This document shows, piece by piece, positions 1-5,402 of a stretch of DNA of 8,713 nucleotides (position 1 is the stretch's first letter; each line of letters opens with the position of its first letter). The stretch is from a plasmid: the sequence record NZ_CP102863.1; one strand, written 5' to 3'. The notes beneath the pieces are model-generated. The model made no database searches. It saw only the letters and a program-made list of their open reading frames with translations, and had not been told where the DNA came from. The position numbers and the translations under genes are program-made.

Positions 1-48
1 ACTGATTTCTGTAAGTCAACTGTCCCTAAGGAATATGGCCTGTCGTCA

Positions 49-122
49 AATGTTGAATTTCCTTCTAAAATTCAACATTGCCTATTTTGCTAATGTTGGA
101 TTTCGCGTCAATATTCAACATT
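49..122. promoter_or_regulatory. Cluster of four 12-bp sites forming two palindromic operator-like pairs: AATGTTGAATTT at 49-60, its inverse AAATTCAACATT at 68-79, variant AATGTTGGATTT at 92-103, and inverse variant ATATTCAACATT at 111-122
   Basis: Read directly: the 49-60/68-79 arms are perfect reverse complements separated by CCTTCT. The second pair is a degenerate copy about 43 bp downstream. No ORF is supported here. Confidence 0.55.
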
Positions 123-151
123 TTGACCCCAGCGTGCTATCACGACAAACC

Positions 152-194
152 AAACCGCACTGCGGTTTACCCCAATTTTGGGGTCAGTTTTGCC
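152..194. terminator. Two adjacent GC hairpins (aaaccg-CACTG-cggttt at 152-168; acccca-ATTT-tggggt at 169-184) followed by cagTTTTg. Terminator-like, possibly for a gene off the left edge
   Basis: Palindromes read by eye. The T-run is only 4 nt, so terminator function is uncertain. They could equally be protein-binding palindromes. Confidence 0.35.
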
Positions 195-446
195 TTATGC
201 TCTTGCTTGATTTTAGGAGCGTTCCAAACGTCCTCAAAAAGTGGTCGATCCAGCCGAACCGATTTTTGAGATGGATCGGATCGCAACTCAATTTATTTTG
301 ATCTTTTACCTAGAGAAAAACGTGCACGTTTTGACCAGGGTAGTCGCAACTGTTTACCAAAAATCGTCCGGCAACGTGACGCAATTTTAACATCGTGTTG
401 GTTTGCCAGACGACCGTTCATCATCATTATTTAGGAGGTTTTTGAA

Positions 447-626
447 ATGACAAAGCAAGACGAAACTCACCGGGTCATGTTCACCTTGACCGATCAGGCG
501 ATTGCAAAATTGAATCAGCTGGTAGCGAAAAAGCAGCAGGAAGTGAATCAAAACCCGGACCTGGCTAAGTATCATGTTAAAGTGACCAAATCAAATATTG
601 TTGAGGATTGGTTATCGAAGCAGTAG
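447..626 (+). CDS. Small 59-aa protein (MTKQDETHRVMFTLTDQAIAKLNQLVAKKQQEVNQNPDLAKYHVKVTKSNIVEDWLSKQ). Ribbon-helix-helix (CopG/antitoxin-like) DNA-binding protein candidate
   Basis: AGGAGG at 434-439 sits 7 nt upstream of ATG 447. The ORF is just under the 60-aa cutoff, so it is missing from the ORF track. A strong terminator follows directly. The N-terminal pattern of beta-strand residues (RVMFTL) followed by a helix resembles RHH folds; this is inference. Confidence 0.55.
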   Translation: MTKQDETHRVMFTLTDQAIAKLNQLVAKKQQEVNQNPDLAKYHVKVTKSNIVEDWLSKQ

Positions 627-699
627 CTTTTAAAAAGCGCTAAAGGGGCCATTTTAACGGCTCTGGGTCTGACGGGTATAATTAATGCTCTCTACAACT

Positions 700-745
700 A
701 AAACGGCTTAGAACGCAAATATAAGCGTTCTAAGCCGTTTTTATT
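700..745. terminator. Rho-independent terminator with a 16-bp perfect stem (aaacggcttagaacgc / gcgttctaagccgttt), an 8-nt loop and TTTTTATT tail. Bidirectional
   Basis: Perfect inverted repeat read directly. The A-run upstream and T-run downstream allow termination in either direction. Confidence 0.8.
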
Positions 746-846
746 AGCCTATGTTCATGGCACAAATGAAAAGCGTTAGTGATTGATCAAATTTAGGCAA
801 CGTGCTTTTGTTGGTGAATGGCGATAGCCCCACCGAAGCTTCAGCT

Positions 847-950
847 GAGGTTCTTCTGAGCCACGCAAGCGAAGCGCGCTAGGGCAAGCCGAAGGCGCGC
901 AGGCGAAGCCGGAGTTAATGTGGCGAAGCCACACCTTTTTAGGGAGCGAA
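847..950 (+). repeat. GC-rich (~65% GC) structured element, copy A. Near-identical to 7881-7974 in the same orientation. Contains GCGAAGC four times and hairpin GTGGC-GAA-GCCAC
   Basis: Direct comparison by eye of 856-948 with 7890-7972: about 85 bp with 3-4 differences. The GC content contrasts sharply with the AT-rich surroundings. The ORF-track ORFs over this region (776-994, 841-1170, 920-1153) are judged spurious. Confidence 0.75.
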
Positions 951-975
951 GCGACCAAGGGTTGATATGGGGTTT

Positions 976-992
976 GGGGAGAGGTTCTCCCC
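976..992. other. GC hairpin ggggaga-GGT-tctcccc, preceded by the GGGGTTTGGGG motif that also occurs at 7268-7280
   Basis: Read directly. Confidence 0.4.
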
Positions 993-1044
993 AAGGTCTT
1001 TTGTGGTTATTAACACGCAAAACACAAACACAAGCCTCGCGCGC

Positions 1045-1090
1045 ATTATATATACTTTTAAATACTTTTAAATACTTTAAGTACTTAGGG
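1045..1090. promoter_or_regulatory. AT-rich region with direct repeats ATACTTTTAA x2 plus TACTTTAAGTACTT, immediately upstream of the iterons. Putative DNA unwinding element of the origin
   Basis: Sequence composition and its position relative to the iterons and repA. The role follows from established knowledge of the architecture of theta-type replicons. Confidence 0.45.
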
Positions 1091-1128
1091 CGACAAGAAT
1101 GGCTCAACCACAAGTTTAAAATGGCCAA

Positions 1129-1230
1129 TAGGTCACCAAAAAGCACACGATAGGTCACCAAAAAGCACACGATAGGTCACCAAAAAGCACACGATAGGTC
1201 ACCAAAAAGCACACGATAGGTCACCAAAAA
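1129..1230 (+). repeat. Iterons: 4 complete plus 1 partial tandem copies of the 22-bp unit TAGGTCACCAAAAAGCACACGA (origin of replication)
   Basis: Exact tandem repeats at 1129-1150, 1151-1172, 1173-1194 and 1195-1216, with a partial copy at 1217-1230. They lie 60 bp upstream of a Rep_3-type rep gene. The 22-bp periodicity equals two helical turns. Confidence 0.9.
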
Positions 1231-1289
1231 TTCCGATTGTGTTGATCATTGTAACCTTTAAATGTAAAGTGTCTCTGAGGTGAAAATTT

Positions 1290-2069
1290 ATGGTTAGTGC
1301 TGGGAGAATTCTTTGGACAAGCGATCGGGATTTCAATAAAGATGAAATCAGGGATCAACGCTATTTTCTTGTTGCAGAACACAACGATTTAATCACTAAA
1401 GCAAGACACGATCTTAATGCCCGTGAATTAAAAATTATGGATTACGTCGTATCTAAAATAAAACCTAATGATGAGCATTTTAATTTGATTGATACCTCAA
1501 TGTATGAGTTAACGCATGTACTCGATCTTAAACGCAGTGGGCGAACATATTCACAACTTGCTCAAAATCTTGAGGATATGCGGGCAAAAAGCGTTAAAAT
1601 CTATAATCCCTCTGAGCGACGGCTAACCCTAACCGGTTGGTTTGAAGTAGTTGACATTTGGGAGAATGGACAAGTAAAGCTACGAATCAATAAACAATTT
1701 GCCCCTTTTCTTTTAAAACTTAAAGATAGTGGTCACTATACACAGTATTTTCTTGAAGATACTGTACGTCTAAAAAGCAAGTATGCAATTCTTCTGTATA
1801 AGCTTATGCGTGAAGTTGACAAGGATCACGGTCAATCAATTGGAATCCTTCAAGGAACGCCGGAAGAATATATGGCTTGGTTAGGTTCTCCTTCAAAATA
1901 TCAGTACAAATATCTTAAAAATAAGGTGCTTAATCCGGCCATTGAAGAAATCAACTGCAAAATCAATGATATGGAACTAGAACTGCTGCAGGCACGACGC
2001 GGCCGTAAGGTAGTACAGATTGAAATTCACAACAATTTCGCACGTAGAAAATCACTGCGATATCAGTAA
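1290..2069 (+). CDS. repA: Replication initiator protein, Rep_3 family (theta-type plasmid RepA/RepB), 259 aa
   Basis: GAGGTG RBS sits 8 nt upstream. The N-terminal segment NDLITKARHDLNARELKIMDYVVSKIKP fits the Rep_3 N-terminal consensus from memory. Iterons lie immediately upstream and a terminator immediately downstream. Confidence 0.88.
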   Translation: MVSAGRILWTSDRDFNKDEIRDQRYFLVAEHNDLITKARHDLNARELKIMDYVVSKIKPNDEHFNLIDTSMYELTHVLDLKRSGRTYSQLAQNLEDMRAKSVKIYNPSERRLTLTGWFEVVDIWENGQVKLRINKQFAPFLLKLKDSGHYTQYFLEDTVRLKSKYAILLYKLMREVDKDHGQSIGILQGTPEEYMAWLGSPSKYQYKYLKNKVLNPAIEEINCKINDMELELLQARRGRKVVQIEIHNNFARRKSLRYQ

Positions 2070-2104
2070 ATGCAACTAATCAAAATTTATGCTAGAATAC
2101 AGTT

Positions 2105-2129
2105 AATCGAAATTACTCATGAGTATCAC
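2105..2129. repeat. 25-bp element AATCGAAATTACTCATGAGTATCAC containing the perfect 12-bp palindrome TACTCATGAGTA. Copy 1 of a direct repeat (copy 2 at 2312-2336)
   Basis: Read directly; compared to the copy at 2312-2336 (23 of 25 identical). Confidence 0.55.
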
Positions 2130-2131
2130 TA

Positions 2132-2166
2132 ACCCGCACAGTCTGCTAGCTGTGCGGGTTTTTTTA
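2132..2166 (+). terminator. Rho-independent terminator of repA (cccgcacag ... ctgtgcggg followed by TTTTTTT)
   Basis: 9-bp GC-rich stem and 7-T run directly after the repA stop. Confidence 0.75.
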
Positions 2167-2311
2167 ATTAAAAAACCACCACCTCTGCTAGAAGATGGTG
2201 GCCGGTGCCAACGACTGAACTTAGTCGCTACTTACACTACTTGTGATTGTTCAGCTTGTCTTCTACTAGGAGCAGAATGACACCAACAAGTAGTGGCGCG
2301 ATGATCGCAAT

Positions 2312-2336
2312 ATCGAAATTACTCACGAGTAATCAC
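2312..2336. repeat. Copy 2 of the 25-bp element (ATCGAAATTACTCACGAGTAATCAC), with the near-palindrome ATTACTC-AC-GAGTAAT
   Basis: Read directly. Centres of the two copies are about 207 bp apart. Confidence 0.55.
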
Positions 2337-2477
2337 CACCTTTTGGCGCGGTATCACGCGAAAAGGCGTAGCGACTGAATCAGTATACCAAAAAGCAGGT
2401 TATAACTTCTTAACTGCCTTCTAAAATTAGGCAACTTTCATTATCGCCGCTATTGGTCGACACAATGACTGCTAACT

Positions 2478-2505
2478 ACAATGCTTGCCTAAAGGCAAAC
2501 ATTGT
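2478..2505. promoter_or_regulatory. 28-bp near-perfect palindrome ACAATGCTTGCC-TAAA-GGCAAACATTGT (12-bp arms, 1 mismatch). Operator-like site
   Basis: Read directly. It lies in non-coding DNA about 85 bp downstream of the stop of the minus-strand HTH gene. Confidence 0.4.
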
Positions 2506-2589
2506 ATCTTATGAAAAGTCAAAGGAACTGCCTATAGCAACGCTTTTCTAACGCACTAACTCATGAAATGACCTCTGCAGGTGTAAAGG

Positions 2590-3129
2590 TCATTTATTAT
2601 TTCGCTCACCAAACAAGCGTTGCCAAAAAGTTGCAGGCTTATCAGCACTATTTTCAACCGCTGTTGGCACTCCTGAGGCCCGTGCATGGATTTGCTCGTC
2701 TTTTTCTTTGGAATCACTCTCACGCTCATTTTTCGGTTTTTCAAGCTGCTTGAGCTTTTGTGCGGTCATCAACTGAAGCTGTTGTGACTGATCGAGCAAC
2801 TTTTGCAATTTTTCTATTTGCTGGTCTTTGGCGGCAAACTGTTTGTCACGATCTGCTCTCAAATAAGCGATTTCGTCTTTCATAGTAGCAATAATGTCAA
2901 TATTATTTTTGCCGCTATTTGTCGACGTTTGTCGATCTTTTTGGTGGTTATTTGGTGGCAAAGTCTTTGCTACTTTATTACGTATAATCCTTTCTAAATC
3001 GGAGCTGATCAGATTTCGTCCCTGGCTATCTTTTTGTCGCTTATTTGCTGGTAGTCTTTGGTAGTGATACTGGATTGTCTGTTTGCTAACACCCAGCTCA
3101 TCCGCAAGCTCTTTGACTGTTTTGCTCAT
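2590..3129 (-). CDS. HTH DNA-binding protein with a long Q/K/E-rich coiled-coil, 179 aa. DUF536 / plasmid 'RepB'-like replication-associated protein of lactic-acid-bacterium plasmids
   Basis: AGGAAA RBS sits before ATG 3129 on the minus strand. The N-terminus MSKTVKELADELGVSKQTIQYHYQRL is a typical HTH. The centre is heptad-like (KLQKLLDQSQQLQLMTAQKLKQLEK). Gene order (convergent with and downstream of repA) matches lactococcal and lactobacillal theta replicons from memory. Confidence 0.75.
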   Translation of the reverse strand: MSKTVKELADELGVSKQTIQYHYQRLPANKRQKDSQGRNLISSDLERIIRNKVAKTLPPNNHQKDRQTSTNSGKNNIDIIATMKDEIAYLRADRDKQFAAKDQQIEKLQKLLDQSQQLQLMTAQKLKQLEKPKNERESDSKEKDEQIHARASGVPTAVENSADKPATFWQRLFGERNNK

Positions 3130-3200
3130 ATGGCTTTCCTCATCTCGTGCAATCTAATGTCAATTATAGCAATGGCTACACACGACTACCCATAAAAATA

Positions 3201-3229
3201 CCCGGAACGATCTTAGAAATCGTTTCGGG
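3201..3229. promoter_or_regulatory. Imperfect inverted repeat cccggaacgat-CTTAGAA-atcgtttcggg in the 5' leader/promoter region of the minus-strand HTH gene
   Basis: 11-bp arms with 1 mismatch, about 75 bp upstream of the start codon at 3129 (minus strand). Confidence 0.35.
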
Positions 3230-3492
3230 TCACTTATTTGAATCGGATTTTAGGCCTTATTTGAAGATGTTTCTGGGCGATCCGTTAGGGTACACTTCAC
3301 TGAACTCTTTCTAAAATAAAACGTATTTATAAACCCTCTTTTTGGATTTATAAATATATATATAAATAAAGCCGTTTTTGAATAAACACTTGATTCTGTG
3401 ACTTTATAATTATACACTTGTTAAGTGCTGCATTTAAGACAATGCTAGATCATCAGAAAGTATGTCACAAAAAATAAAAAGGCGGTGTTTTA

Positions 3493-3960
3493 ATGATTTT
3501 TATCACCCTGTCAGCTCAACGAGCGACACTTCTAAATTACCCTAATGAACCTTCAGTAAAATGGGTTGGTTATTCGTTCAATGCAACTGATTCGGAACTC
3601 TGGGATCATAATAAAGGAATTTGGCGTTTAGGCGCGAGAGTCAATTCTGAGGAATATGTTGCGCTTTGTTTTGAAGGAGAGGTAAAACTAGTCGCGCACT
3701 TTTCTGGCGTGGCTCTTTATCCTAATTCATCAAGATACTTCTTTGTAGGCGGTCGCCCCTTAACTAAAGGCGAAGCTCCATACGACAAATGGATTGGACA
3801 GCGTGTTAAAGGTACTAGAAATCCGATTCGTTATGAATATGATCCAGACATTGACGGGTGGAAATGGAAAACAGATAAGGGTGTGGCAAAAGTTTTGGAT
3901 GACTTACAAGCCAAATACCCAAGAAGAGATGAGTTCCTTAATCATTTACAGAATATTTAG
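3493..3960 (+). CDS. Hypothetical protein, 155 aa. No family recognised
   Basis: Clean ORF with an AAAGG-type RBS-like sequence upstream and a strong terminator 37 bp downstream. A (TA)n AT-rich promoter-like region lies at 3300-3480. The sequence is not low-complexity (W/Y/G-rich, globular). Confidence 0.65.
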   Translation: MIFITLSAQRATLLNYPNEPSVKWVGYSFNATDSELWDHNKGIWRLGARVNSEEYVALCFEGEVKLVAHFSGVALYPNSSRYFFVGGRPLTKGEAPYDKWIGQRVKGTRNPIRYEYDPDIDGWKWKTDKGVAKVLDDLQAKYPRRDEFLNHLQNI

Positions 3961-3996
3961 CATGCTTTGCAGGTCAAAGTTAAACGATCATTTTGA

Positions 3997-4027
3997 GGCA
4001 GTTACCGAATGGGTAACTGCCTTTTTT
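3997..4027 (+). terminator. Rho-independent terminator (ggcagttacc-GAATG-ggtaactgcc followed by TTTTTT)
   Basis: Perfect 10-bp stem, 5-nt loop and 6-T run, read directly. Confidence 0.85.
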
Positions 4028-4269
4028 GGGGGGGAGTTTAAGAAAGGTTCTATACTTCCCTCCTAGAGCTTGATTTTGGGAATTTACTCTTGATTATCCT
4101 GATTTTTGCTAGATACCAAACAGACTCTAAGAAGTTGTTTGATGTCTTCAATGCAGTACTTTACGATTGGCTAATATGCTGATCAATGATTTCATTCATT
4201 AAGTCAGAGATATCTGTTTCTAAAGCAATAGATAATTTATACAGAGTTTCTAGGCTAGGCAGATTATTA

Positions 4270-4322
4270 GGTAGATTGTAAAATTAATCCGAACGCTGTT
4301 CGGATTAATTTTACAATCTACC
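4270..4322. promoter_or_regulatory. Perfect 53-bp palindrome: 25-bp arms GGTAGATTGTAAAATTAATCCGAAC / GTTCGGATTAATTTTACAATCTACC around a 3-nt centre GCT. It lies 64 bp upstream of the defence-like operon
   Basis: The reverse complement of 4270-4294 equals 4298-4322 exactly (checked base by base). There is no T-run after it, so it is not a canonical terminator. Confidence 0.7.
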
Positions 4323-4385
4323 ATATATAGAACAATTTGATCCATAGTATACTATTAAAGATATAAATTAACGAGGTGCTTAATT

Positions 4386-5402
4386 ATGAAACCATTGCAT
4401 AATGCGTCAGCAACTCAAGCCGGGTTCCATTTTCAGGACGTGGCTGCTATCTACTTTTTTATTTCAGCTATCCAGGACTTAGACAAAGTAACACCTGAAG
4501 GTGAGGAGGATTTTGTTCTTTCGTTTAAAGATGGGAGCAAATCATTTTATCAGGCCAAAGAAGTTCAGAATGCATATAGCCCTATATCATCAAAGAGGTT
4601 CAAAGAAACATTAAGAACTTTACTGGATGACTTGAACAACAACGAAAAGGTGAAAGAAATAGGCCTAGTTACAAATTCATACTATCCTGTTTGCAATACG
4701 GATCTGACATCAACCTTCACTCCTACCTACATGAAAAAGTTATACGCTTCGTTATCACCCAAACTTCAAGAAACAATTCAAGAAAAGTTAGAGGACGTAG
4801 ATCCCAATACAGACATAACCAAATTAACAAATTTCTCTATTACTAAGCTTGCTTATGAAGGTGATGATCCGGATTCCAAACTTTATCAGCTAAACAAAAA
4901 AGCGGCTGAAGTTCTTGGAAGAGCCAAAATAAACGATTCTCATCATCGTCAAATAATTGATGAATGGAACTCAATTTTCAAAGAGGCTGATGAAGATCCT
5001 AAAAAAGCAATCAGCACAAGAGAATTCACGGCTCATACCGAGGCTATCGTTCTTGATTATTTTAATTTTAATGAATTTTTCAATTTATTTAGAATTAACC
5101 CATCAAATCAAACGTACATACAGGAGCAGTATTCCCAATATTTAAGAAGCCTTGCTCTTGATATACCCATTCACGGTCACATCACCATGGATTTTAACGA
5201 ATACCAGCAGAACCACTTGAAGGATCAATACACCAATTTACTGATAAACTTTGTTAATAAAGAGGCTATCAAAGAACGCGACGAGCTCGGATTAAAGAAG
5301 CGCTCTGAAGATCTGGACATCGCAAAGCTAATCATTTGGATAGTTGTTATAAACAACACTATTCTCAAACATATTGAGGAGGCGTTTGGCCTTGAAGATT
5401 AA
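4386..5402 (+). CDS. 338-aa protein of unknown function. Candidate effector (LmuA-like; possible degenerate PD-(D/E)xK-like N-terminal region: EGEEDFVLSFKDGSKSFYQAKE)
   Basis: GAGGTG RBS sits 9 nt upstream of ATG 4386. It overlaps the downstream ATPase gene (translational coupling). The product assignment is inference from gene context and acidic/lysine motifs, not a recognised match. Confidence 0.8.
   Translation: MKPLHNASATQAGFHFQDVAAIYFFISAIQDLDKVTPEGEEDFVLSFKDGSKSFYQAKEVQNAYSPISSKRFKETLRTLLDDLNNNEKVKEIGLVTNSYYPVCNTDLTSTFTPTYMKKLYASLSPKLQETIQEKLEDVDPNTDITKLTNFSITKLAYEGDDPDSKLYQLNKKAAEVLGRAKINDSHHRQIIDEWNSIFKEADEDPKKAISTREFTAHTEAIVLDYFNFNEFFNLFRINPSNQTYIQEQYSQYLRSLALDIPIHGHITMDFNEYQQNHLKDQYTNLLINFVNKEAIKERDELGLKKRSEDLDIAKLIIWIVVINNTILKHIEEAFGLED

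Noticed and set aside
35-301. ORFs 35-301(+) and 78-269(+)
   Set aside because: They overlap the operator-like site cluster and hairpins, have no RBS and an odd composition. They are probably non-coding.
387-575. ORF 387-575(-)
   Set aside because: It is antisense to the better-supported 59-aa RHH-like gene, which has AGGAGG and a terminator. It lacks an RBS.
1100-1128. DnaA box upstream of iterons (CAACCACAAG)
   Set aside because: Only a partial match to TTATCCACA. Not convincing by eye.
776-1170. ORF-track ORFs 776-994(-), 841-1170(-) and 920-1153(+)
   Set aside because: They run through the GC-rich repeat element and the tandem iterons. The translated products are low-complexity or repeat-derived. 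There is no RBS, and the region is better explained as origin and structured non-coding DNA.
1129-1230. Possible CRISPR array (tandem 22-bp repeats)
   Set aside because: The repeats are contiguous with no spacers, and they sit directly upstream of a Rep_3 gene. These are iterons.
2566-2595. Hairpin AAATGACCT...AGGTCATTT as intrinsic terminator of the minus-strand HTH gene
   Set aside because: It overlaps the stop codon and is not followed by a U-run on the transcribed strand. It is kept only as an observation.
2556-2997. ORFs 2556-2744(-), 2568-2753(+) and 2803-2997(+)
   Set aside because: They overlap the well-supported 179-aa HTH gene in other frames or on the other strand. They are spurious.
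3794-4066. ORF 3794-4066(+) 90 aa
   Set aside because: It is an alternative frame overlapping the 155-aa gene and runs through its terminator hairpin. No RBS.
4172-4262. Possible minus-strand gene 3' end upstream of the big palindrome
   Set aside because: Translating the reverse strand gives only a ~20-codon frame bounded by stops. There is no supported ORF.
4957-5145. ORF 4957-5145(+) and 6054-6431(-)
   Set aside because: They are internal or antisense to the two long operon genes. Composition is typical of out-of-frame AT-rich translation.
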